From: a virus
Length of the DNA: 64,000 nt
Virus record (IMG/VR): IMGVR_UViG_3300034375_003182
Span: 1-64,000 of that record
Reading direction: 5' to 3' (one strand)
Positions within the stretch are counted from its first letter, which is position 1, and the number at the start of each line of letters is the position of its first letter. The position numbers were made by a program, and so were the translations under genes. Shown here in pieces: positions 49,038-58,170 of the stretch. The notes beneath the pieces were generated by a model that ran no database searches, was not told the DNA's origin, and saw nothing but the letters and a program-made list of their open reading frames with translations.

Positions 49038-49240
49038 TACTTCTTCTTTTTAAGAGTACGGCTACTTCCGTAAGTATCAGATAGAATACTATTAGCTATT
49101 CCACCATGCTTTTTCTTTTTACTATTTCCCCAGTTAGCAGCTCCAACCTTACGACACTTAGCCATTGCACCACTTCTGTATGCAGACGTCTTAGGACCGT
49201 AACGGGCTACAACTTTATGATAACACGCGTCTTTTGGCAT
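49037..49240 (-). CDS. small basic protein of a family seen in cyanophages
   Basis: KDACYHKV..RY...SAY.SGA..KCRKVGAANWGNS. Confidence 0.75.
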   Translation of the reverse strand: MPKDACYHKVVARYGPKTSAYRSGAMAKCRKVGAANWGNSKKKKHGGIANSILSDTYGSSRTLKKKK

Positions 49241-49242
49241 CT

Positions 49243-49707
49243 CTAATTCTTTTTAAATTTTAAATAATCTAGTTCGTCTAACTCCTTCAGTTTACCTTTG
49301 TTACCCTTCACTCCTCGTGTAGCATCAAATCTGTAAACTGTTTTGTTCTTTACTTTGCACTTACCCTTACGCCAGTAGTATTTAAGATACTCACTGTCCG
49401 TGTAGTATATGTGCCATTTGACACCGTCTCCAGTGTCCTTATCAAAAAGCTCATCACCATTTGCCAGCAACTCAGCTTTATACTTATTTGATTCACCCCA
49501 ATCTATGCCAGGGTTTCTTGGATCTCTCTCCATTCTTACGATGGAAAGAGTTGATAGGTTATAACCCATATTAAACTCTTTACCATCTAGAATGTAATCT
49601 ATAATCATCATGTTAAACTCACTGCATATATCAACAAAAGTTTGTTTAGATACACTGCTGTCAGTTTCTACATAGTCATTGTATATATGAGAAATCGTGT
49701 GCTGCAC
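49243..49707 (-). CDS. HU/IHF-like protein
   Basis: FN..IID.ILDG.EF.M..NL.TLSI pattern; IHF-like genes occur in crAss tail modules. Confidence 0.55.
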   Translation of the reverse strand: MQHTISHIYNDYVETDSSVSKQTFVDICSEFNMMIIDYILDGKEFNMGYNLSTLSIVRMERDPRNPGIDWGESNKYKAELLANGDELFDKDTGDGVKWHIYYTDSEYLKYYWRKGKCKVKNKTVYRFDATRGVKGNKGKLKELDELDYLKFKKN

Positions 49708-50288
49708 TAATCTCTGTCTAAATCAAATACAGGCATTTCTAAAAATCCACCAGTCTTGTACATAGCTGCGGATAGTCTTGCTGCTGCGCCTTGTACACCT
49801 TTTTTAGTAGCTTTTCTTTGTTTTCTAGCAGCCTTCTTTAACTTACCTTGAGCAGTAGCTTGATCACCAGCTAGTCGTTTTCTAGAAGCAGCTTTCATTT
49901 TTCTATCTGCTCTTTTATTAAGACCTTTTGCCACACGCTCTCTTTTATTCTGACCTCTCTGCTCTTTTCTAGCTTCCTTCTGACCTGAACGCATTTCCTT
50001 TCTATCTTCCTTTTGCTGCTTCTTAAGGTCCTTCATTAGTCCACCTTTTTTAGCCAATAACTTAGGCTTATTATCTACTCCAATAGCCGGCTGTTTTACA
50101 AATGGTTTCTTCTTACCTTTGGCCTGCTTCTTATCCTTTACAGCATTTTTCATAGGCTCTTTCTTATTGCCGTCTTTATCCATATCAAGATAATCAGGCT
50201 TAGCTCCGCCAGCCTTCATCATTTTCTTTTTACCACCGTACATCATCATCTTTTTCTTAGATCCTCCGTACATCATTTTCTTTCTCAT
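49707..50288 (-). CDS. very basic K/R-rich protein with repeated xxGG motifs, putative DNA-condensing core protein
   Basis: MMYGG, MMMYGG, MKAGG, AKKGG, YKTGG; EF-hand-like DMDKDGN. Confidence 0.7.
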   Translation of the reverse strand: MRKKMMYGGSKKKMMMYGGKKKMMKAGGAKPDYLDMDKDGNKKEPMKNAVKDKKQAKGKKKPFVKQPAIGVDNKPKLLAKKGGLMKDLKKQQKEDRKEMRSGQKEARKEQRGQNKRERVAKGLNKRADRKMKAASRKRLAGDQATAQGKLKKAARKQRKATKKGVQGAAARLSAAMYKTGGFLEMPVFDLDRD

Positions 50289-50311
50289 TTTAAAAATATT
50301 TATAATTATAG

Positions 50312-50998
50312 TTATTGTTTAGGTGCTGCAGGTCTGCCCTGATCCTGCAACGTGTCATTAGTTGTGTCATTTACTGACGATGCAAGCATCATAAGCTCAC
50401 CACTCATAATGCCTTGTGTGATGGTTTGTAACATATCCATAGGAATAGGAAAATCCATATCGTCATTATAACAATCAGATCCATCACAATCAAATAAAGC
50501 AACATCTTCAGGGTCTTCAAAGATGCCTCTAATGTTTATAAACTTCAAACCGTCTGCATTATAGATGTAGATATAATCTTCAATCATATATGCTTTCATT
50601 TTGTTCTTAGTATACTTATCGTAAGGCAACCATTGTACTGCATTTGAATCTACAATAGGAATAGTGCCTGTACCACTAACATCTCCAACGTGTGTAATTG
50701 CATCACTAAAATTAAATCTAACAGTTCTTGGTACCTTTTTAACAGTTCTATAGACAGCACACTCAGTAGGAAGATTGCAACATTTAGAAGCGTCAACTTT
50801 TATTAATTCTAAACATCCTAGATCTTGTTCTAGGTGTCTAGTGATTATACCGTTTCTAGCAAAGTCTCTACGTATAAGCATAGCTCTGTAGTACTTTACA
50901 TTAAACTTAATCTGACTAGTAGATATATGCTCATTATTGCTAGATCTACCTCCTCTAACTAAATTTAAAATATTATATGCAATCTCATTTAATGTCAT
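50312..50998 (-). CDS. tail ring protein (crAss-like)
   Basis: MTLNEI...YYRAMLIRR...INIRGIFEDP...FPIP; tail-module position. Confidence 0.7.
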   Translation of the reverse strand: MTLNEIAYNILNLVRGGRSSNNEHISTSQIKFNVKYYRAMLIRRDFARNGIITRHLEQDLGCLELIKVDASKCCNLPTECAVYRTVKKVPRTVRFNFSDAITHVGDVSGTGTIPIVDSNAVQWLPYDKYTKNKMKAYMIEDYIYIYNADGLKFINIRGIFEDPEDVALFDCDGSDCYNDDMDFPIPMDMLQTITQGIMSGELMMLASSVNDTTNDTLQDQGRPAAPKQ

Positions 50999-51001
50999 CT
51001 G

Positions 51002-52132
51002 TTATATGTTCGTTTGTAAATAACCTTCGTATCCGCGTTCTTTACTCCATATATGTGCTTGGCCTGTTCTCTTGGCTTCATAACCCATCATCTTATGCCA
51101 AGCGTCGTTGCCACAGATAGATGGAATAAATCTTACCTTTACTCCTCTATATTCATTAACTTGTTCTTTATGTTTATGTCCACAGTGAACCTCTCTAAAC
51201 TTAGTCTGTGCAAATAGCATAGGCTGTTCAGTTGCCATTATAAGTGGCATCTCAGCTGGTTTCTCTTTATCTCCGTGTGTAAACATAATTAAGTTAACTC
51301 CGTATTTATAATATTTCCTAGAGTCAAAGTTATTATCAACATCAACTCTATCATCATTTTTAAAGAATGCTCTCAGGTATTCACCTGCATAAAACATTCT
51401 TTCATAGTCATGGTTACCTTGTACAACAACCACATCTACTGGTGCAGACTTGGCTAGGTAGTGTATTGCTCTTACCATAAGATTACAATACCCTACGAAT
51501 GTCTCTTGCCATTCTGCTGAATCTTGCTGAGGTGTACCTTTAGTGGTAGCACGGGAATATCCCTCAGAGTTCATACCATCATTACCTATCGGTAATAGAA
51601 TTCGTTCTACATCTAAGCCTTGCGCCTTAGACAACAAATCCTTTACAGTATTCATATACTCTTCCTCAGCTTGGTCAAGTGTCTGTCCAGTGTACTTACC
51701 ATAGTGTATATCTGGTAAGGAAATTTCATATACTACTGGGTCTTGAACGGCGTCGTAATCCTTTTCAACCTTCGGGCTGTAAGACTCTAGAAGTGCAACC
51801 ATTTCTTCTTTTGCTTTCTTCATTAGATCGTCTTCTCCTTTGACTACGACAGAGAACCTGTGGTCCCCTTGCATATTTTGCCAAAACTTCACAGACTTGA
51901 CATCTGTTTCTTCTATCTCATTATCTTTTAAGAACTGTTTGAACTCACTTATCTCTGAAGTACTTACGTTATCCAGATCAAAGTCAGATCCTTTTGCATC
52001 TATTCGCGCTTCTGTTAATGCATGTTTGCATGTTTCTACACTGCAATTTAGCTTCTCTGATAATCTAGCCGCACCTTCTTTTAGGTAGCCAGGCTTCTCT
52101 CTTAGAAAAGCTTTAACTTCATCTTTAGTCAT
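51002..52132 (-). CDS. calcineurin-like metallophosphoesterase with N-terminal HTH-like region
   Basis: PDIHYG, GND, GNHD, THGD, GHKH motifs. Confidence 0.9.
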   Translation of the reverse strand: MTKDEVKAFLREKPGYLKEGAARLSEKLNCSVETCKHALTEARIDAKGSDFDLDNVSTSEISEFKQFLKDNEIEETDVKSVKFWQNMQGDHRFSVVVKGEDDLMKKAKEEMVALLESYSPKVEKDYDAVQDPVVYEISLPDIHYGKYTGQTLDQAEEEYMNTVKDLLSKAQGLDVERILLPIGNDGMNSEGYSRATTKGTPQQDSAEWQETFVGYCNLMVRAIHYLAKSAPVDVVVVQGNHDYERMFYAGEYLRAFFKNDDRVDVDNNFDSRKYYKYGVNLIMFTHGDKEKPAEMPLIMATEQPMLFAQTKFREVHCGHKHKEQVNEYRGVKVRFIPSICGNDAWHKMMGYEAKRTGQAHIWSKERGYEGYLQTNI

Positions 52133-52149
52133 AATATTGGTTTTGGTTA

Positions 52150-52566
52150 TTAGTCTTCTTTACTGTTTTTCTTTGAACTGCCGCCAAAAAAGAAATCAAC
52201 AATTGTGTTAACTTTTGCCGACATTGCTCCAAAGATAGTAGAAATAAAGCTAATTTCAAACTCTCCTAGGTTTATATCTCCTAGAACAAAGTGATTAAAC
52301 ATCACAAAACTAATACCAAAGTACGCTACAGTGAACAAAGTTGCTAACACTTTTTGAATGATAGCATCATCTTTATATAAGTCTCTTGCAGACTTTCTGT
52401 CCTCTACTTCTTTAGCAAAAGCTTCACGCTCTGCTTCTAGTAATATCTTTTGCAGTTCTAATTTAGCCTGATCTCTTTCCTTATCAGTTGTAATTACTTT
52501 ATCTAATATTCCTTCAGCGTTGTCTAGTACCTTGCCAAACAGGCCGCCCATTACTTTTTGTATCAT
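52150..52566 (-). CDS. holin (GTA 3TM-like)
   Basis: EVEDRKSAR, two TM helices, FFFGGS. Confidence 0.75.
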   Translation of the reverse strand: MIQKVMGGLFGKVLDNAEGILDKVITTDKERDQAKLELQKILLEAEREAFAKEVEDRKSARDLYKDDAIIQKVLATLFTVAYFGISFVMFNHFVLGDINLGEFEISFISTIFGAMSAKVNTIVDFFFGGSSKKNSKED

Positions 52567-52567
52567 A

Positions 52568-53002
52568 TTAATATTGATTTATATTTCTACTAACTCCCGC
52601 AGATCTTACACTAGATTGCTCATAATCTAGTATAACATCAACGTTTTGAGTTGATTCTATAACTAATTGAAACTCACTTCCGTGTCTACAAGCATGATCA
52701 GTAAATAAAGATAATGTAGTTCCTGTAGGTATGTTAACATTTTTTATTTGATAAAAAACTTGCCTATCTATCTTATTTAAGTAATTTCCTTCAGAATCAA
52801 CATTACCGTTTTCTAATGAACCGTGTATTTCAACAGTTTTATTTAAATTGTATTTCTCTATATATATATCTACATCTGCTGATGTACTATCTACATTTGC
52901 TATTTGACACTTGTGTATAGTAGTTATACCAGATTTACTTTGACTCGAATTTATCAAAATTACTGGAGCTGTCGTTGTTATATTTTTATATACGTAATTC
53001 AT
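52568..53002 (-). CDS. hypothetical beta-rich structural protein
   Basis: 144-aa ORF in the tail module. Confidence 0.65.
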   Translation of the reverse strand: MNYVYKNITTTAPVILINSSQSKSGITTIHKCQIANVDSTSADVDIYIEKYNLNKTVEIHGSLENGNVDSEGNYLNKIDRQVFYQIKNVNIPTGTTLSLFTDHACRHGSEFQLVIESTQNVDVILDYEQSSVRSAGVSRNINQY

Positions 53003-53154
53003 TCTGCGTTTTGTGCTTCTACTAATTCGTCTAGCTTTTCTACCATCTTTTTTATTATAGTTACAACCTCAGTGTAATCTCCACTAAGCATTGCTTCTTC
53101 TATATCTGCTGACATTTCCGTCAACTCTTGTGTCATTGTTTTTATATCTGCCAT
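52999..53154 (-). CDS. 51-aa helical hypothetical protein, missing from the ORF track
   Basis: MADIKTMTQELTEMSADIEEAMLSGDYTEVVTIIKKMVEKLDELVEAQNAE; TAATG and ATGA overlaps on both sides. Confidence 0.75.
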   Translation of the reverse strand: MADIKTMTQELTEMSADIEEAMLSGDYTEVVTIIKKMVEKLDELVEAQNAE

Positions 53155-55094
53155 TACGGTAATAATGTTTTAAGAACTAAAGTACAGTTCCACTGCACGG
53201 TTCTTGAGTTACTTGCTACACTACCAATCAAAGGAAATATCACATGCCCTGCTGACATAGAGCGGTTAGCTGATAAGTAATCTGCTCTAACAGGTCTTTG
53301 ACTATAGTTGCTATCAGGTCCAGCGCTAGTATCTGCAGCATTGTAAGCTACCAATGTACAATCATATGTAGCAAAATCGTTATACGTTGGCACACCAACA
53401 GCTAACCCAACCTTAGATTGATGATTACCAACACTTCTTATCAAACTAGTATAACCTACTAGGGTACAATCGTAAGGTACAATAATACCTTGACAAATAG
53501 TAGTGGTAGGTATTGTAACTGTTGAACTGCCCACTGTTGTGCCACCAGAACCTAGATTTGTATTCCATGTGTGGTTAGATATACCATTAGCAGAAACTGT
53601 CATCCAGTCTCCATCTGAAGGTACTGTTGCACTACCTGTAAAGCTTATGTATTGATAAGCAAATCTAGCATCAACGTGAGACTTTAAACCTGCAGGTGTT
53701 ACCGCCCTAGCTGTATCAGTTCCTGTGTCAGCCTCTGCTGTTGTAGCTAATTCAACAACACCATCTAATGTAGCCGAGGCAGATCTTACTTTTGTTAAAT
53801 CTACATCAGCGTCAGGAACCGTTATTGTTCTATCAGCTGTTGGATTTGTAATACTAAAAGTTGTTTCGTGTGCATCTGGTACTGATCCTTCAAATATAAG
53901 ATTACCTTGTAGAATAGTATCCCCATCAGTTCTAAAGCTAGCTACTACGTTTGTTCCTCTAAGAGCAGTTCCACTACTAGCATTAGTTTCTCCAGCTTGT
54001 ATTATTACCGCTCCACCAGCAGCGTTACCAGTTGCTCTACCACCAAATATCTGTAAATCTCCACCGGCTTTGTTTGTACCAGTGGCATCGCCACTTCTTA
54101 TATAAAAGTCCCCACCCTCATCGTCAGTGTGCCTCAATCTTCTTATCTGAGCAGCGCTATTATCATCAGCTCCAATATCAAGTATTTCACTATCATAAGA
54201 CAGCGTTGATTCAGCTTGAACCGCAGATGTACCGTTACCTGTTAATATAGAGTTTGATGTTAAAGTTGTCGCGCCTGTGCCTCCATTTCCCACAGGCAGA
54301 GCACCAGTTACTTCGTCTGTTAAATCAACACCGCCCGACTTTATGCTAATAGCACCTGACGATGCTGCAAAATTATCAGAGCTAAAACTAGCTACACCTT
54401 TATTAGACGTGCTAGCATCCTCGGCTGAGTATGTAACTTGTTTTACAGTTCCACTAAGAGAGTTTATAGCAACATCTATACCTTCGCCAGTTAAAAACTG
54501 TACTGTTGCATCTCCAGATGCTATATCTGTAGTAGAGCTACCATCACTAATTGTAATCTTGGTTATGTCACCTGCATTGGTTGTGTAACCTGCTCCATTA
54601 GTTATAGCATTATTGTTTAATGAAATATCTCCTGTACCATCAAAAGCTACACCTGCAATATTTCTTGCTGTTTCTAGTGCTGTTGCTGTACCAGCGTTAC
54701 CACTTACACTAGTTTGATCGCCAGTATTTGTACCGCTTTGTCCAACTAGATAAGCCTGGTCTATAGCAGTACCTCTCCACACACCTGTTGTTATACTACC
54801 AACAGCTACAATACTTGTAGTGCCTTGATAGCCTGCGTTTAGCCCCGCTGGAGTAACAGCTCTCGTCGAGTCTGATCCTGAGGTTACCTCTGCAGTAGTT
54901 GCTAACTCTACTATACCTTTAGTTGTAGCATCAGCGTCTGGAGCTGCAGATGCAGAAGCTTTTACTACTTTATTATTTGAGTCTAGGCCTAAGCTACCGC
55001 CACTAGCAATAGTACCGCTGCTTATATTTTCTAAATAAACATCGCTTCTAAATCTAGCAATAAAGTCTTGTATGTACTGACCTATAAACTTCAT
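53154..55094 (-). CDS. tail fibre protein
   Basis: Two G(I/V)VELATTAE..RAVTPAGL repeats, TATALETARNIAGVAFDG, LPVGNGGTG, Gly-rich beta repeats. Confidence 0.85.
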   Translation of the reverse strand: MKFIGQYIQDFIARFRSDVYLENISSGTIASGGSLGLDSNNKVVKASASAAPDADATTKGIVELATTAEVTSGSDSTRAVTPAGLNAGYQGTTSIVAVGSITTGVWRGTAIDQAYLVGQSGTNTGDQTSVSGNAGTATALETARNIAGVAFDGTGDISLNNNAITNGAGYTTNAGDITKITISDGSSTTDIASGDATVQFLTGEGIDVAINSLSGTVKQVTYSAEDASTSNKGVASFSSDNFAASSGAISIKSGGVDLTDEVTGALPVGNGGTGATTLTSNSILTGNGTSAVQAESTLSYDSEILDIGADDNSAAQIRRLRHTDDEGGDFYIRSGDATGTNKAGGDLQIFGGRATGNAAGGAVIIQAGETNASSGTALRGTNVVASFRTDGDTILQGNLIFEGSVPDAHETTFSITNPTADRTITVPDADVDLTKVRSASATLDGVVELATTAEADTGTDTARAVTPAGLKSHVDARFAYQYISFTGSATVPSDGDWMTVSANGISNHTWNTNLGSGGTTVGSSTVTIPTTTICQGIIVPYDCTLVGYTSLIRSVGNHQSKVGLAVGVPTYNDFATYDCTLVAYNAADTSAGPDSNYSQRPVRADYLSANRSMSAGHVIFPLIGSVASNSRTVQWNCTLVLKTLLP

Positions 55095-55561
55095 TAATCA
55101 AAATCAATATATTCTATTGTTACTTCTTCTCCTTGTTCTATGGCCTTAGCAATAGACGGATAAATCCTTTTATACGCATTAACGCTTTTACCAACGAACC
55201 CATCACGCAGAATAAGATTGTTTTCTTGACTGTCTCCAACGATAAGACAACCAGCAGTATGCTCGTCAGTGTTTCCAGTATGAATAAGAATATATTCAAA
55301 ACCAGGGACATCAGTAACATGAAGCATACCACGGTGTATACCAGGATATTTTTTATCATATCTTGCATGAAATCCTCCTTCTTTTCTTAGTTCTATTTTA
55401 TATGTACCAGCAGGTATTCTTGTTTCACCTTTTACTTTTAGAGCTCTTTGCTCGTCTTCTAAAGTGTAACATAAAAAATGTCTGCCTAAATCATTTATCT
55501 CAAATAACAAACCGTGTGTACAATCTACTTGTGAGCTAAATCTTAATACTTCTAATTTCAT
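55094..55561 (-). CDS. DUF5675 family protein (YkuD/L,D-transpeptidase-like), candidate lysin
   Basis: CYTLED...IPAGTY...ILIHTGN...TAGCLIVG. Confidence 0.8.
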   Translation of the reverse strand: MKLEVLRFSSQVDCTHGLLFEINDLGRHFLCYTLEDEQRALKVKGETRIPAGTYKIELRKEGGFHARYDKKYPGIHRGMLHVTDVPGFEYILIHTGNTDEHTAGCLIVGDSQENNLILRDGFVGKSVNAYKRIYPSIAKAIEQGEEVTIEYIDFD

Positions 55562-57540
55562 TCTATAATTAGTTTTGTTGTTATATTTAAGTTTTCCTTA
55601 GAAATCTTAATTAAGTATATACCCTTGTCAAGTTTTATTGTATTTGTTTTATCTTGTAATACTAACTTGCCAAGCATATTGTATACTTTTATATTTACCT
55701 CAGCTGTAAAGTTTACTATACCTGTTGATGGATTTGGATAAGGTAACATGCCAAGTCTCTCAAACATTGCTACATCAGTTGGTCCTGACCATCCGTCTAC
55801 ACAATAAGCATATAAATTATCACATCCTCCATCCCACACGGTATTGCAACAATAAGGATCTATTGCAATGACCCACTCAAAACATTCATTAGGAATATAG
55901 TATACATCACCAGAGTTACACCCAGCACTATAATAACACGAACTGTCTGCCACGTTAACAAGCGGATTGTAATTAACAGCGGACGGATCATTGCAGCCAG
56001 GCACAGGATAGATACAGCTACCATTATCAGTATTTGCATTATCATCATAATTAACTGCTGTGCTGTCTGTACATCCATAATAAAAAGGTATGCAGCTTCC
56101 GTTATCTGTATTTGCATTAGCATCGTAATTAAACATTGTATTATCTGTACACCCAAAAATTACAGGTAAACAGCTTCCATCATCACTATTTGCTAATGGA
56201 TTATAGTTAAAGGCTGTACCATCGGTACAACCCCAGACTACCGGTATGCATGTGCCATCGTCTGTATTCGCTAAACTGTCATAGTTAAATGCTGTCACAT
56301 CTGTACACCCATACATAAAAGGAATACAGTTTCCATCGTCAACATTTGCATTGACATTATAATTAAACATTGTGCTATCTGTGCACCCTTCTATGATAGC
56401 AATACAAGAGTTAGGTAACTCAGTATTAGCCAGTGGGTCGTAATTAAGTGCAGTTGAGTCCATGCATCCGTATGCAACCAGCGTAGCACACGAACCATCG
56501 TTGTAGTCGTAAAGCGCGTCATATTCCAAATAAAGTGGATTAGTACACCCTGGGTTATAATAACAAGTTCCATCATCTGTATTTACTGTATCGTTATAAT
56601 TTACTGCTAGACTATCTATGCAGCCATATGTTCTTTCTATACATTCATCACCACAGTAAGGCATTCCGTTAACTATTACAAAAGGTACCAAAGGACTAGC
56701 AAACCCTCCTGGTGCATCTATAGCTACGTGTTCATCAGAATATACACTATAGCCGCATTGCACTGATGTAAACTGTGATTGTTGTGTTATGTTAAACTTA
56801 ACACTAATAGGCTCTGATATACTTAAATCAAAAGTAAACGTAGTATCAAAACCATCATCAAGAGTAAATATACCTAAAAAGTTGTTACCCTGAAACACTT
56901 GTAAATACGCTCCAGCCCAGCCGTTACCAGCTAAATCTGTAAGCTCTAGTGTGTGAGTACAACTATCTATTAGTATATCTGTATTGGCTGAGTCTATATA
57001 ATTATAAGCTAAAGAGTCAGTACAGCCAAATACCTTCTCTGTAAAGCACATTCCTGTATCTACAGTTGCTATTGGTAAAAACTCCAAAAAGCTATCATCC
57101 ATACAGCCATATATAGGCGGAGGAGGTGCGCAGTCTTCTACTGTAAATCCATGATAAGAAACAAAACCAAAGTTAGCTGAATCTATTTCAACTATTGTGT
57201 CGTTACATCTTACTAAGTAGTACGAGCCATCCTGTCCACCCCATAAACTACCTTGAATACCATCTCCATATCCATCACTTATTACAAATTCGTAATCACC
57301 ATTAGGTACACATAGCTGTGTAACTTGAGGTGAGTAATCAACTATATTATCATAAGGACCTCCAGTAACTATAGTATCTAAGTTTTCATCTAATACAGCC
57401 CAAGATGTTTCTTCTGGATATTGATCTGGGTTAATTATAATATCTAGATACGTTCCGTTAGGACATTGTCCAAATGCTGTAGATGCAGTAAATACTACAA
57501 CCATTATAAAAGCGTATAGAAATTTTGTAAAGTTGTTCAT
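55558..57540 (-). CDS. secreted Cys-repeat protein with T9SS (Por) type A C-terminal sorting domain
   Basis: Signal peptide ending AFG|Q; ~11 GC(T/M)D..A.NY...DDG.C repeats; C-terminal YPNPSTG..KVYNMLGK..KGIYLIKI..TTKLIIE. Confidence 0.88.
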   Translation of the reverse strand: MNNFTKFLYAFIMVVVFTASTAFGQCPNGTYLDIIINPDQYPEETSWAVLDENLDTIVTGGPYDNIVDYSPQVTQLCVPNGDYEFVISDGYGDGIQGSLWGGQDGSYYLVRCNDTIVEIDSANFGFVSYHGFTVEDCAPPPPIYGCMDDSFLEFLPIATVDTGMCFTEKVFGCTDSLAYNYIDSANTDILIDSCTHTLELTDLAGNGWAGAYLQVFQGNNFLGIFTLDDGFDTTFTFDLSISEPISVKFNITQQSQFTSVQCGYSVYSDEHVAIDAPGGFASPLVPFVIVNGMPYCGDECIERTYGCIDSLAVNYNDTVNTDDGTCYYNPGCTNPLYLEYDALYDYNDGSCATLVAYGCMDSTALNYDPLANTELPNSCIAIIEGCTDSTMFNYNVNANVDDGNCIPFMYGCTDVTAFNYDSLANTDDGTCIPVVWGCTDGTAFNYNPLANSDDGSCLPVIFGCTDNTMFNYDANANTDNGSCIPFYYGCTDSTAVNYDDNANTDNGSCIYPVPGCNDPSAVNYNPLVNVADSSCYYSAGCNSGDVYYIPNECFEWVIAIDPYCCNTVWDGGCDNLYAYCVDGWSGPTDVAMFERLGMLPYPNPSTGIVNFTAEVNIKVYNMLGKLVLQDKTNTIKLDKGIYLIKISKENLNITTKLIIE

Positions 57541-57893
57541 TAGAATTTGCTTATTATAAGTTCTTCAATATATTCTTGTATCTCTTCTCTAGTAGCAACC
57601 ATTTTAAAACTAATGTCTGCTTGAAAACGTTTTACTTCTTCACCATCATCAAATATTACAATAGTAGGTACAATTGCTATTTCATACTTGGTTTGGTTAT
57701 TATCCTCTTCTATTAAAAGAGTTTTCTTATCGCATTCTTTTAATTTAGAAAACCATTCAACATTATTAGCTGAGTTAAAATCAGCGTTAAAATGAATCGC
57801 GGTTACTTGACAAAAAGCAGTATGCGAGACCACCAAGAAAAACAATACTAATAAGTACATGCAAAGTAGTTTCCATTCTGTTCTCTTTTCCAT
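57540..57893 (-). CDS. secreted thioredoxin-fold protein lacking CxxC
   Basis: Signal peptide; HFNADFN in place of WCxxC; IVPTIVIFDDGEEVKRF. Confidence 0.75.
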   Translation of the reverse strand: MEKRTEWKLLCMYLLVLFFLVVSHTAFCQVTAIHFNADFNSANNVEWFSKLKECDKKTLLIEEDNNQTKYEIAIVPTIVIFDDGEEVKRFQADISFKMVATREEIQEYIEELIISKF

Positions 57894-58168
57894 TATTTTA
57901 ATGCGTCAATTTTATCTTCCATGCGGATCATACGTTCTTCTAGCTTTTCCACATTACGCTCTGTATTCTTGATAGATTGACGGATGTTAACGTCTTTCAT
58001 GTCAAATTCCATTTTAGAAATCTCTGGTTTAGGAAGCTCTTTTGCTTCTGCTATGTCTGCTTGTAGCGTAAACCACATGCCTATCAAGGTTGCCATTGCA
58101 AAACCTATACCTATTAATGTCTTTACACTTATGTTGAACCCTGTTTCTTCGTTAAGTTCTTTTGCCAT
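57893..58168 (-). CDS. single-TM coiled-coil protein
   Basis: One TM helix followed by heptad-like tail. Confidence 0.7.
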   Translation of the reverse strand: MAKELNEETGFNISVKTLIGIGFAMATLIGMWFTLQADIAEAKELPKPEISKMEFDMKDVNIRQSIKNTERNVEKLEERMIRMEDKIDALK

Positions 58169-58170
58169 TT

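Noticed and set aside
55900-56700. CRISPR array or DGR template/variable repeats
   Set aside because: The periodicity is a degenerate protein repeat (GCTD units); there are no identical nucleotide repeats with spacers and no reverse transcriptase
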